A DNA stretch of 64,000 nucleotides, from NCBI GenBank assembly GCA_964418595.1, contig CAYQMF010000003.1:28630-92629 (forward strand), written 5' to 3'. The first letter of the stretch is position 1. Every line of letters begins with the position of its first letter. The position numbers were made by a program, and so were the translations under genes. Source of the DNA: an uncultured candidatus Brocadiaceae bacterium. GTDB taxonomy: Bacteria; Planctomycetota; UBA1135; UBA2386. Below, one piece after another: positions 1 to 9,376 of the stretch. The notes beneath the pieces were generated by a model that saw nothing but the letters and a program-made list of their open reading frames with translations, was not told the DNA's origin and did not search any database.

Positions 1-1
1 C

Positions 2-640
2 GACGAGACGCAACTGGTCGTGATCGCGGACCGGCGCGGCAACCAGGCGGTCTATGCCAACGGCTTCTCGACCGGACGGCAGAGCCTCGGCCCGGCGCCG
101 GTGCTCGTCGCCCTGCGCGTCGAGGCGGACGACACGACGACGCTGAGCCTCGGCCGGTTGCGGCTGGGGCTGCGCGCCCTGGCCACCGACAGCGCCGGCG
201 GGGTCCGCGACGTGAGCGGGCTCGTGACGTGGAGCGTGCAGGGTCCGCCGGTCGTGGACGTCGGCCGGCAGGGGGCGCTCGTGGCGCGCGCCCACGGCAG
301 CACGCTCGTGCGCGCCGATCTCGCGAGCCCCGCGCTGAGTGCGACGCTGCCGGTGCAGGTCGATGCGTACCCGCAGGTGGGGCCGCTGGGCGTCGAAGCC
401 CGCACCAGCCGCCTCACGATGGTGAGCTTTGCGACCGACACGTCGGCATCGATCGCGGCGGTGATCGTGGAGGAGATCGGCACGGCCAACGCGTTCCTGG
501 TCTTCGCGAGTCCGGATCCCGTCGCCAAGCAGCACCGTGCCTTCCTCACGACGCTCCGGGCGGGCGTCGCGTACCGCCTCACGCCGGCGGCGTTGAATGC
601 GTTCGGGCTGGTCGGCGTCGGGCCCGCGCTGAACCTGTAG
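2..640 (+). CDS. C-terminal part of a secreted Ig-like (Big_2-type) domain protein; the 5' end lies upstream of the window
   Basis: The frame of track ORF 20..640 stays open back to base 2. The segment LRALATDSAGGVRDVSGLVTWSV...STLVRADL...ATLPVQV resembles a bacterial Ig-like group 2 domain. GC3 bias is strong. Confidence 0.55.
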   Translation, partial: DETQLVVIADRRGNQAVYANGFSTGRQSLGPAPVLVALRVEADDTTTLSLGRLRLGLRALATDSAGGVRDVSGLVTWSVQGPPVVDVGRQGALVARAHGSTLVRADLASPALSATLPVQVDAYPQVGPLGVEARTSRLTMVSFATDTSASIAAVIVEEIGTANAFLVFASPDPVAKQHRAFLTTLRAGVAYRLTPAALNAFGLVGVGPALNL

Positions 641-687
641 GTCGCTTCGTTGCTCGTCGCGGCCCTGGCCTCTAGAAGGGGCCGGCC

Positions 688-2127
688 GTGAACGCGACGC
701 ACAAGGTGCTCCTGCTCTCCACCGTGCTGGGGCTGGCTGCGGCGATCGTTGCGCTCGGGATGCACGTCGACAGCGCGCGCCTGCTGACGCACACCGTCGG
801 CGTGTTCGCGCTGCTCGCGGAACTGCTGCGCGAGGGTGTGCTCTACCCCCACGAGCCGACGACGGACCTCGTCTACGGCGTTTTCTATCACCCGCTGGCG
901 TTCGCGCCGATCGCGCTCCTGCCGGGCGAGGGCCTCGCCCTGATCCGCGGCATGCGCATCCTGGTGGGGACCGAGACCCTGGTCGTGCTGGGCCTCGCGG
1001 GCGCGCTCGTGCGGGGCATGTCGTTCTGGTTGCGCCTGCAGCCGTGCCTGTGGGTGCTGTGCTGCGTGCCCGGGGCATTCGCGCTGATCGGGATGCGCGA
1101 CGACAGTCGCGCCCTGCTCATGGGCTTGTTGGCGCTCGTGGTGTACGGTCGCGGGCTCGGCTGGCGGCCGGCCGTCGCCGGCGTGCTGCTGGCGCTCGCG
1201 TTCTTCACCAAGGTCACCGCGCCCGTCGCGCCGGGCGTGGCGCTCTTGTGGGCTGCCCTGCGCGATGGTCACGGCGGCCGGCGGGGCGCCGCACACGTCG
1301 TCGTTGCCGCCACGGCGGGTACGCTGCTCGGCGTCGCCTTCCTGCAGTGGGGGCTCGGCTGCGACTTCCTCCACAACGGTCTCTACTACATGGTGGTCGC
1401 GCCGGCGCGGGCAGCCCGGCCGCTGGGGGACCTCGTTGCGGCGCTGTGGCGCGACATCACCTACGACTGGTGGACGCCCATCCTGCTCGGGCTCGCGATC
1501 GCCGGCGCGAGCTGGCGGCTCGTCCGCGCCCGTGCGGATCACCTCGACGTGCTGCTGCTCGCGAGTATCGCCAAGACCGCGATCGTGTACCGGAGCTGGG
1601 GCAGCGACCTCAACCACATGCTCGACACGGTGGTCTTCGCGGCGATCGTGTCGGCGCAGCAGTTGCGCGCCTGGCTCACGCCGGCCCGCGCGCTCTGCGT
1701 CCTGGCGATCGCCTTGGGTCTGGGCGCGCCGTGGCGCTGGCTCATCCCCGATCCGGGCACCCCCACCATCGCGGCGAGTCCGCTTGCGGCGGCGGCCGCG
1801 GCCCTGCGCGCGGAGCCGGCGACGCCGACCCTGTGCGAGGAGCCGTTCCTGGCGTGGCTCGCCGGCACCCGCCCGCTGGCGGTGGACCCGTTCCTGACGT
1901 TCGCCACTGGCGCACGTGATCCCGAGATCCGCCGCCGCTGGTTCGGTCCCACGTCGGATCCCGTGGCGCTGCGTCGCCTCGTCCTCATGCACGATCCGCG
2001 CCGCACCGACCCGGCCCTCGCCGAGTGGTACGAGCGGATCCACTTCGATCTCGAGTTCCTGGCCACCGTCCGTCGCGAGTGGAAGGTCCTCGTGACCACG
2101 CCCAACGCCACGGTACTGGTGCGTTGA
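688..2127 (+). CDS. polytopic membrane protein, possibly a GT-C type (DUF2029/PMT_2-like) glycosyltransferase
   Basis: GTG start at 688 preceded by AGAAGGGG. The 479-aa product has many hydrophobic helices and short basic loops. The functional call is a weak family-level impression. Confidence 0.6.
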   Translation: MNATHKVLLLSTVLGLAAAIVALGMHVDSARLLTHTVGVFALLAELLREGVLYPHEPTTDLVYGVFYHPLAFAPIALLPGEGLALIRGMRILVGTETLVVLGLAGALVRGMSFWLRLQPCLWVLCCVPGAFALIGMRDDSRALLMGLLALVVYGRGLGWRPAVAGVLLALAFFTKVTAPVAPGVALLWAALRDGHGGRRGAAHVVVAATAGTLLGVAFLQWGLGCDFLHNGLYYMVVAPARAARPLGDLVAALWRDITYDWWTPILLGLAIAGASWRLVRARADHLDVLLLASIAKTAIVYRSWGSDLNHMLDTVVFAAIVSAQQLRAWLTPARALCVLAIALGLGAPWRWLIPDPGTPTIAASPLAAAAAALRAEPATPTLCEEPFLAWLAGTRPLAVDPFLTFATGARDPEIRRRWFGPTSDPVALRRLVLMHDPRRTDPALAEWYERIHFDLEFLATVRREWKVLVTTPNATVLVR

Positions 2128-2128
2128 A

Positions 2129-4684
2129 TCAGGATGCCTGCGTTCGAGGGCGGGCCATCGCGGCCTGGACGGCGACGCGCAGCTCCGGCAGCGTGAACGG
2201 CTTCTGCAGGAGGTGGTCGACCTCGCCGGCTTGCTGCAGGGCGGCGTCGCGGTCGTAGCCGGTCGCGAGGATGACGGGGGTGTCGGGCGCGACGGCGCGC
2301 AGGCGGGTCAGAGTCTCCGCCCCGGTCATGCCCGGCAGGGCGAAGTCGAGGAGGATCAAATCGATGGTCGCGCCGAACCGTTCGACGCGCGCGACGCCGT
2401 CGCTGCCATCGACCGCGGTCAGCGCGTGGCAGCCGAGGCGTTCGAGCAGGTGAGCGGTGGCGGTGCGCACGGCTTCGTCGTCGTCGATCACGAGGACGGT
2501 GGTCCGCTCGCCACGTCCGGTCGCGGCCGGCGGGGGCACCTGGGCGGGCTCGCCGTCGACGGGGAGACGCACGCGGAACACGGTGCCGCGGAGCGGGTCA
2601 CTGTCGACCGTGATCGAGCCCATGTGGCGCTGCACGATCCCGTGTGCGGTGGCGAGTCCCAGGCCCCGTCCCTTCGGCTTGGTGCTGACGAACGGCTCGA
2701 AGAGGCGCGCGCGCACCTCTTCCGGCACGCCGGGACCGCAGTCGGCCACGGCCAGTTCGACCCCGCGCGCTCCGCCGGACTCGCCCGCCGGCACGATCCG
2801 CGCCTCGACGCGGACTGCGCCTTCGCTCTCGCCCAGCGCCTCGGCGGCGTTGGTCGCGAGGTTGTGGATCACGCGGCCGAGTTGCACGGGGTCGGCGTCG
2901 ATCGCTGGCAGGCCCGGTTCCACCACCAGCGCGAACGTCCGGCGGGGGAAGACGCCGCGCACGAGGCGGACGGTGCGGGTGAGCAGGTCGCCGACGTCGA
3001 TGCGCTCGCGCCGCACCGTCGCGCGACCGGAGATCGTGAGCATGTCGGCCGCGAGGCTCGCGGCGCGCCGGCATGCCTCCTCGATGTCGTCGAGGCGATC
3101 GTCGACGTCGGCGCTGCCGGGGGTCGCGTTGCGCGCCAGCCGGACGTTGCCGATCACGCCGGTGAGCAGGTTGTTGAAGTCGTGGGCCAGGCCGCCCGCC
3201 ACCAGGGCCACGCTCTCGAGCTTGCGCGCTTCGGTCATCCGTTCCTGCAGGGCGACGGTCTCGGCGAGGGCGGCGAGCGCACGGCGGCGATGCAGGAACA
3301 GACTCCAACCCAGGAGCGCGATCACCACCAGGCCCGCGGCGCCGAAGAGGAGTACGTTGCGCCACAGCTCCTCGCGCGCGAGCCGACTCGCCTGCAGGGC
3401 ACGCTCGGTCTCGAGCAGGGCGATCCGCCGCTCGCGGGCCTCGCTCTCGAACCCGGCCTCGCGTGCGGCGAAGGCGGCGGACATCTCCAGGGAGTCGACT
3501 TCTTCGTCGAGACGGAAAGCGTCGCGCGCAGTGTCGAGTGCCTTGGCGTGCTCGCCCGCCGCCGCCTGGGCCTCGGCGAGTGCGAGCAGCACGCTCACGC
3601 GCTTGGCCTTGCCTTCGATCGCCTGGGTCAGTTCGAGACCCTGATGGGCTGCGCTCAGCGCCTCGGCAGGGTGATCCAGGGCCGCGTGTGCGCGCGCGAG
3701 GCACGCGAGGGTCGCTGCGACCTCCGGGACGAGGCCCCGTCGTCGCTGGGTCGCCAGTGCCGGTTCGAGTTCGGCGATTGCGAGGCGAGGCTCACCCAGG
3801 GCCAGCAGGGTGTCCCCGAGGCGCGTCCGCGCCAGGGCGATCGCCGACGGCGCGCCGAGCTCTTCGCGCAACGTGACCGCCTCCTCGTGCAGGGTCCTGG
3901 CCGCCGCGGGTCGGCAACGCAGCAGTTCGATGTCGCCCTGGTTCGCGACGATCGCGGCCAGCGCCTCGCGCAGGCCCGCACCTTCCGCGGCGCGCCGGGC
4001 GGCGACGAGCTTCTCGAACGCGCGGTCGAGCTGGCCGGCGTTGAGCAGCAGGACGCTCATGTTGTTGAGGACGGTGCAGGTCGCGTTCGCATCCCCGATC
4101 GCCTCGGCCAGTTCGACGCAGTGATTCCACGCGACCAGGGCGGCCTGCCGTTCGCTGCGCCGCTCGTTGGTGGCGCCGAGGAGGTTGGCGGCCGAGAACT
4201 CCAGCCGGCGCTCGCCGAGTTGCGCCGCTAGGCGGGTCGACTCGGCTGCTTCATCCACAGCGGTGGCGAACGCACCGATCCGGTCGGAGGCGATGCCGGC
4301 GTGCAGGAGGCCGAAGGCGAGGCTCCGGGTCGCGCCCTGAGCCCGCGCCAGCGCGCAGCCGCGTTCCAGATGCTCGTGCGCGGCGCGGGCATCGCCCGCG
4401 TCGAGGAGGGCCTCGCCGAGGGCGAGGTGCACGCGCCGCGCCGTCTCGCTCGTCGAGCCGTCCGCCAGCTCTGCCAGCGCGGCACGGGCCTTGGCGACCC
4501 GTGCGTCGACCGCCGCGGGCGCGATGGCGCGTTCCTCTCCGATCAGCCGGGCCGCGGTCGCCTCGTCCTGGGCCGTGAGCCGCGCCAGGGTGCTCGGGCC
4601 GACGAGCAGGGCGGTGGCCGCGAGCCAGGTGAGTCGCTGCGCACCCCGGCGCGGGGTGCGCGTGGAAGGAAACAGGAACCGCAC
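2129..4684 (-). CDS. hybrid sensor histidine kinase / response regulator with an N-terminal TPR-like sensor region
   Basis: Signal/TM region, long TPR-like Ala/Leu-rich repeats, a second TM segment, an H-box (GGLAHDFNNLLTGV), HATPase G-boxes (DCGPGV, GRGLGLA) and a C-terminal receiver (VLVIDDDE...DLILLDFALPGMTG...KPF). Confidence 0.9.
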   Translation of the reverse strand: MRFLFPSTRTPRRGAQRLTWLAATALLVGPSTLARLTAQDEATAARLIGEERAIAPAAVDARVAKARAALAELADGSTSETARRVHLALGEALLDAGDARAAHEHLERGCALARAQGATRSLAFGLLHAGIASDRIGAFATAVDEAAESTRLAAQLGERRLEFSAANLLGATNERRSERQAALVAWNHCVELAEAIGDANATCTVLNNMSVLLLNAGQLDRAFEKLVAARRAAEGAGLREALAAIVANQGDIELLRCRPAAARTLHEEAVTLREELGAPSAIALARTRLGDTLLALGEPRLAIAELEPALATQRRRGLVPEVAATLACLARAHAALDHPAEALSAAHQGLELTQAIEGKAKRVSVLLALAEAQAAAGEHAKALDTARDAFRLDEEVDSLEMSAAFAAREAGFESEARERRIALLETERALQASRLAREELWRNVLLFGAAGLVVIALLGWSLFLHRRRALAALAETVALQERMTEARKLESVALVAGGLAHDFNNLLTGVIGNVRLARNATPGSADVDDRLDDIEEACRRAASLAADMLTISGRATVRRERIDVGDLLTRTVRLVRGVFPRRTFALVVEPGLPAIDADPVQLGRVIHNLATNAAEALGESEGAVRVEARIVPAGESGGARGVELAVADCGPGVPEEVRARLFEPFVSTKPKGRGLGLATAHGIVQRHMGSITVDSDPLRGTVFRVRLPVDGEPAQVPPPAATGRGERTTVLVIDDDEAVRTATAHLLERLGCHALTAVDGSDGVARVERFGATIDLILLDFALPGMTGAETLTRLRAVAPDTPVILATGYDRDAALQQAGEVDHLLQKPFTLPELRVAVQAAMARPRTQAS

Positions 4685-4804
4685 GAGGTGCTAGCGTAGC
4701 GAGGCGCCGGGACCCGTGATTGCGATGGGCGAGAATCACTCGCGAAGCCTGTCCGCGGCAACCTGTCCGTTGTGCCCGCGCGGCGTTCGCGGCCAAATGC
4801 GCGC

Positions 4805-5584
4805 GTGAGCAATCTTGATCCTCGTTGGCGCCTCGACGGTCGCGTGGCCGTCGTCACCGGGGCGAGTCGCGGCATCGGTCGCGCGATCGCCGATGAACTG
4901 GTCGGCCGGGGCGTTCGCCACCTCGTCCTCGTCGCGCGCGGCGCCGCGGACCTCGATGCAGAGGCCGGCCGCCATCGGGCCGCCGGCGTCGGCGCGACCG
5001 CGGTCGTGGGCGACGTCGCGACGAAGGAAACCCGTCGCACCGTCGGCGACGCCGTGCAGGCGGTGGGGAGCCTCGACATCCTGGTGAACAACGCCGGCAC
5101 GAACATCCGCAAGCGGAGCGCGGACTACACGGGAGAAGAGGTGGCCCATCTCCTCGACGCGAACCTCCTGTCGGCCATCGAGCTGTCGCGCGCCTTGTAC
5201 CCGGCGCTGGCCGCCGCCCGCGGCTGCGTGGTCAACATCGCGTCGGTCGCAGGCCTCACCAGCACCGGCACCGGCGTCCCCTACGCGATGGCGAAGGCCG
5301 CGCTCCTGCACGGCACGCGCTACCTCGCGGTCGAGTGGGGCGGGGCGGGGGTCCGCGTCAACGCCGTGGCGCCCTGGTACGTCCGCACGCCGCTCGTCGA
5401 ACCGGTCCTCGCCGACCCCGACTATCGCGCGCGGGTGCTGGCCCGCACGCCCTTGGGCCGGCTCGGCGCACCGGCCGACGTCGCGGCCGCCGTCGCCTTC
5501 CTGTGCCTTCCCGCCGCCGGCTGGATCACCGGCCAGTGTCTCGCGGTCGACGGGGGGTTCGCGGGCGTCGGCTTCCAGCCCTGA
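4805..5584 (+). CDS. short-chain dehydrogenase/reductase (SDR) family oxidoreductase
   Basis: Cofactor motif VTGASRGIGRAIA, NNAG, and catalytic S...YAMAKAA (YxxxK). I prefer the GTG at 4805; the track start at 4772 is an alternative. Confidence 0.9.
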   Translation: MSNLDPRWRLDGRVAVVTGASRGIGRAIADELVGRGVRHLVLVARGAADLDAEAGRHRAAGVGATAVVGDVATKETRRTVGDAVQAVGSLDILVNNAGTNIRKRSADYTGEEVAHLLDANLLSAIELSRALYPALAAARGCVVNIASVAGLTSTGTGVPYAMAKAALLHGTRYLAVEWGGAGVRVNAVAPWYVRTPLVEPVLADPDYRARVLARTPLGRLGAPADVAAAVAFLCLPAAGWITGQCLAVDGGFAGVGFQP

Positions 5585-5594
5585 CGCGCACGGT

Positions 5595-5909
5595 TCAAAA
5601 CAGCTCGATCCCCTCCTGGGCGATGGCGAAGAACACGCAGTCCTCGCCCGGCAACGCCACCGGATGGTGCACGGATCCGTCCTCGTAGCGCACGAACTCA
5701 CCGGCGCGGTGTTCGCCCAGTTCGTCGCGGTAGCCGCCCTGCAGGATCAGCAGCTCCTCCGGACCCTTGTGGCGATGTCGCGGATAGCTGCTTCCCGGCG
5801 CCATCCTGATCATCACGGCGGCGTGACCGTGCGCCCGGTCACGGTGGTAGAAGTGGATGGTCACGCCCGCGTAGCGCGTCGGTTGGAAGGGAATGCCTTG
5901 CAGATCCAT
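5595..5909 (-). CDS. cupin domain protein (ChrR-like cupin)
   Basis: 104-aa product with the cupin metal motif region GSSYPRHRHKGPEELLILQG...GSVHHP. Confidence 0.7.
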   Translation of the reverse strand: MDLQGIPFQPTRYAGVTIHFYHRDRAHGHAAVMIRMAPGSSYPRHRHKGPEELLILQGGYRDELGEHRAGEFVRYEDGSVHHPVALPGEDCVFFAIAQEGIELF

Positions 5910-5983
5910 CGCGGGCTATTGTCCGCGCCGGCGTGATCCGTGCCACGATCACACCGGCCACATCACCGAGACCCGCCATCGCG

Positions 5984-6478
5984 ATGGAGACCTGGTCGAT
6001 CCGCATCCACAAGGACTACCTGAAGTTCAGCGCCGCGCACTTCCTCATCTTCCCGGACGGCACGGCGGAGCGGTTGCACGGTCACAACTACAAGGTGTTC
6101 GTGGAACTGCACGGGCCGCTGGACCCGCACGGGCTCGTGATGAACTTCAAGGAGATCAAGCCGCTGATCCGCGAGCTGGTCGACGAACTCGACGAGCACC
6201 TGCTCATCCCGGGCAAGCATCCGGTGCTGCGGTGCACCAACGGCGACGCGGGCGCCGAGATCGTCTATCGGGAGCGACGCTACCTGGTCCCACGGGACGA
6301 GGTTCGCGTGCTGCCGATCTCGAACACGAGCGCCGAGAACCTCGCCTCCTGGGTCTCGAGCGAGATCCGGATGCGCCTGCTCGCCCGCTTCCCGCACATG
6401 GTCGTGCACGCGCTCGACGTCGGTGTGGAGGAGACGCCCGGCCAGTGCGGGACCCACCACTGGCGCATCGAGCGGTAG
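5984..6478 (+). CDS. 6-pyruvoyl-tetrahydropterin synthase / QueD family (COG0720) protein, non-canonical
   Basis: FSAAHF...ERLHGHNY matches the Zn-binding His triad of PTPS/QueD. The Cys four residues before the HGH is replaced (AERLHGH). The ATG at 5984 is in frame with track ORF 5933..6478. Confidence 0.8.
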   Translation: METWSIRIHKDYLKFSAAHFLIFPDGTAERLHGHNYKVFVELHGPLDPHGLVMNFKEIKPLIRELVDELDEHLLIPGKHPVLRCTNGDAGAEIVYRERRYLVPRDEVRVLPISNTSAENLASWVSSEIRMRLLARFPHMVVHALDVGVEETPGQCGTHHWRIER

Positions 6479-6482
6479 CGAT

Positions 6483-8999
6483 GTGAGCGCACCCGGCGAG
6501 ACGCTTCCTGGGCTGGCGGGCGCCGACGATCTCCCCGTCGGCCGCGAGTTCGGACCCTACGAGATCCTGCGTCAGCTCGGCCGGGGGGGGATGGGCATCG
6601 TGTACCTCGCCCGGCATCGCGAACTCGGGCGCCAGGTCGCCCTGAAGGTCCTCGCCGCGCACCACTCGACGAGCGACAAGGCGCTGGAGCGCTTCGAGCG
6701 CGAGATCCGCGCTGTGGCGCGTCTGCGTGATCCCGGCATCATCCCGATCTACGACGTGGGCCGCGTCGATGGCGTCCCGTACTTCACCATGGAGTACGTC
6801 GAAGGCGTCACCCTCCACGACGTGCTGCAGGCGCTCCGCACGCGGGGCGTCGCCGTCGATGCGCTCGCCGGACGCGACCTGTTCGACTCGACCTTCGATG
6901 CACACGCGGTGGATCGGGTGGCGGCCTCCGTGCAGGGCTCCTGGCTGCACGCGGCGTGCTTCACGGTGGCCACCATCGCCGATGCCCTGAGCCACGTGCA
7001 CGCGCACGGCGTCATCCATCGCGACGTCAAGCCGAAGAACATCCTGCTGGCGCGCGACGGGCGCGTCCTCCTCTTCGACTTCGGGCTGGCCCGCGTCGAG
7101 GCGGAGGCCGCGATGACCGTGACCGGCGAGTTCCTGGGCACACCGTACTACGTGTCGCCGGAGCAGCTCGATCCGCCGGAGACCGGCGTCGACGAGCGCG
7201 CCGACATCTACTCGTTGGGCGTGACCCTCTACGAGATGCTCACGCTGCAGGTGCCGTTCGACGGCGACAGCCCGCAGCAGATCTTCCGGCGCATCGGCAC
7301 GCGGGCGGTGCGCTCGCCGCGGCGTCTCAATCCGACGGTACCTCGGGTCCTCGAGACCGTGTGCCTCGTGGCGATGGCGCGCGAGCGCAGCCGACGCTAC
7401 CCGGGCGCCGCCGACTTCGCCGCCGACCTCCGGCGCTTCCTGGAGTTCAAGCCGGTGTTTGCGCGACCCGCGGGACCGTTGCAGCGGTTGGGTCTCTGGG
7501 CGCGACGCAAGCCGACCACGGCCGGGCTCATCGTGCTCACGCTCCTGCTCGCCGCGGTGCTGCTCGTGAACTGGCGCCAGCGGGGCACCATCCTCGCCGA
7601 ACGCCGCGCCCACGCGCTGGCGTCGTTCCAGACGGGGCAGCTCCTGGCGCAACAGGGGCGGTTCCGCGCCGCCCTCGCGGAGATCGATGCCGCGGCGGCG
7701 AGCGGCTACGACCCGGTCGCGGTCGAACTGCTGCGGATCGAGGCGCTCGAGGCCACCGGCATGCAGCGCGAAGCTCTCGCCGTGCTGAACCGGATGCCGC
7801 CGCGCAGCGAACTCGGCGCGCACCTCGCGGCCGTCCAGCTCCTGGAGGCGGACCTGGGCGCGGACCGGCTCCGCGACGCCGACGCCGGGCTGACGCTCGC
7901 GGCCCGGGCGATCGAGGCCGGCACGCTCTCGCCCGCGGACACGAGCTACGCGCGCGCGCTGCTGGCGACGGGCGCCGAGGACGCGCTGCGTGAACTGCGG
8001 CAGACCCTCTTCCATGCGCCGTTCCATCGCCGGGCGCGCGAGTCGCTGGTGCCGACGCTGCTGGGCCTCGGTCGCCACGCCGAGGCGGTGGAGTTTGCCC
8101 AGCATCTGCGCTCGTCCGCCGCGGAGGATCCGTATGCAAACCTGGCCGCTGCGGCCGCGCACGCGCTGCAGGGCGACCTGGCCACCGCCGGCGCGGACTT
8201 CGCGTTGATCGGCAGGTTGCTGGGGGAGAACGGCAAGGCATCCTTGGACGCGTGGGCCGGCGAACTCGCGGTGCTCGCGAACGCACCGGCGACCTTGCTC
8301 GCAGCCGTGCTGGCCGGACAGGAGAGCCTCGGGGACACCTCGATCGGCATCCTGCGGGCGGTGTCGTCGCTCGCGGCGGGCATCGAGTTCGACGACCAGG
8401 ACGGCGTGCACCGCGTCATCCGGTTCCGTCTCCCGCCGGCCCTGGCCCGCGGCTACGCCGGCGTCGTGCAGGCGGTGACTGCTCGCCTTGGCGCTGCCGA
8501 GGTGGAGGCGCTTTCGGCGCGCGAGCACGAGTCGCTGCGCGTCCTCATCGACGACTCGCTCCAACGTCGACCCGACGGTTTCCGCTTCTTCCTCCGCGCC
8601 GTCCTCGGCTTCCAGACCGCGGGGATCGAGCGCGTGGTGAGCGACCTCGACGCCGCGGCGACCACGCCGAGCATCGTGCGCATCGCGCGGGCGGCGAGCT
8701 TCCTGGGCGCCCAAGCCCGGGTGTTTGCGCTGCAGGCGGGGGACGCGGGACGCGATCGTGGGCCGGAGCGGCGCGCGCTGCGCGATCTGGTGCTCCGCAT
8801 CCTGACCGACGGGGCAGTCGAGGAGGGGGGCTACCGCATCCTCCTCGAGGCGGCGCGCGCTGCGGAGGACGAAGACCTCGGGCTCGAGCTGGTCGCGAGG
8901 TGGCGCCGGCAGCAGCCGCAGGCCCAGCCCGCAGCGGAACTTGCGCCGTGGCTCGAGGCGGCCTTCCGCCGCCACGAAGCCTGGCTGCGCGGGCGCTGA
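6483..8999 (+). CDS. Ser/Thr protein kinase with TM segment and C-terminal TPR-like repeats
   Basis: Hanks kinase motifs: GRGGMGIVYLA, ALK, HRDVKPKNILL, DFGLA, SPEQ. A TM helix (GLIVLTLLLAAVLLV) is followed by about 480 aa of helical repeats. The GTG at 6483 lies 5 nt after the upstream stop. Confidence 0.9.
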   Translation: MSAPGETLPGLAGADDLPVGREFGPYEILRQLGRGGMGIVYLARHRELGRQVALKVLAAHHSTSDKALERFEREIRAVARLRDPGIIPIYDVGRVDGVPYFTMEYVEGVTLHDVLQALRTRGVAVDALAGRDLFDSTFDAHAVDRVAASVQGSWLHAACFTVATIADALSHVHAHGVIHRDVKPKNILLARDGRVLLFDFGLARVEAEAAMTVTGEFLGTPYYVSPEQLDPPETGVDERADIYSLGVTLYEMLTLQVPFDGDSPQQIFRRIGTRAVRSPRRLNPTVPRVLETVCLVAMARERSRRYPGAADFAADLRRFLEFKPVFARPAGPLQRLGLWARRKPTTAGLIVLTLLLAAVLLVNWRQRGTILAERRAHALASFQTGQLLAQQGRFRAALAEIDAAAASGYDPVAVELLRIEALEATGMQREALAVLNRMPPRSELGAHLAAVQLLEADLGADRLRDADAGLTLAARAIEAGTLSPADTSYARALLATGAEDALRELRQTLFHAPFHRRARESLVPTLLGLGRHAEAVEFAQHLRSSAAEDPYANLAAAAAHALQGDLATAGADFALIGRLLGENGKASLDAWAGELAVLANAPATLLAAVLAGQESLGDTSIGILRAVSSLAAGIEFDDQDGVHRVIRFRLPPALARGYAGVVQAVTARLGAAEVEALSAREHESLRVLIDDSLQRRPDGFRFFLRAVLGFQTAGIERVVSDLDAAATTPSIVRIARAASFLGAQARVFALQAGDAGRDRGPERRALRDLVLRILTDGAVEEGGYRILLEAARAAEDEDLGLELVARWRRQQPQAQPAAELAPWLEAAFRRHEAWLRGR

Positions 9000-9289
9000 T
9001 CGAAGCCGATGCGGCTGCTGCGGAAATCCCATCCGCAGGACGGAACATCGGCTCGCGCGCGCTCCGTCTCAGTTCGCGGCAGGTGGTCAACGACCTGCCG
9101 CGTTCTCTGCAAATCACATCCTCCTGGTGGTTCAGGGCGAGCCGCGTCGACAAACCGAGGCTCGAAAGCGTGTGGACACCACATCCCAGAGGGGTCTTCG
9201 ACGGGGTGCAACGCCCCCGCGCCGGACCGGCATCCGCCGGTCCAAACCTCGGTTGACCCGACGGTTCCTTCGCTTGCTATGGATCACCC

Positions 9290-9371
9290 AGCCGTGCGGG
9301 GTGCGAGCCGCACGGCTTCTCTCGGAGCGGGGCGCGCCGACCATGCCCGGTTGCGCCCCGCGTTTTTTTTT
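9290..9371 (+). terminator. tandem hairpins plus T9 run (intrinsic terminator-like; could also act on the minus strand)
   Basis: Hairpin 1 is AGCCGTGCGG/CCGCACGGCT (9290-9317, 10-bp stem). Hairpin 2 is GCGGGGCGC/GCGCCCCGC (9327-9361), followed by nine T at 9363-9371. Confidence 0.6.
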
Positions 9372-9376
9372 CGGCA

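Noticed and set aside
6204-9032. 942-aa minus-strand ORF opposite the Ser/Thr kinase.
   Set aside because: It has no recognisable domains and is Arg/Pro/Gly-rich. The plus strand carries complete Hanks kinase motifs.
9000-9372. Possible known housekeeping RNA (tmRNA, RNase P, SRP/4.5S or 6S).
   Set aside because: I could not find a tmRNA tag reading frame or a terminal CCA-type acceptor, the RNase P GAGGAAAGUCC box, or the SRP GGAAGCAG helix-8 motif. I kept it only as an unclassified structured-RNA candidate.
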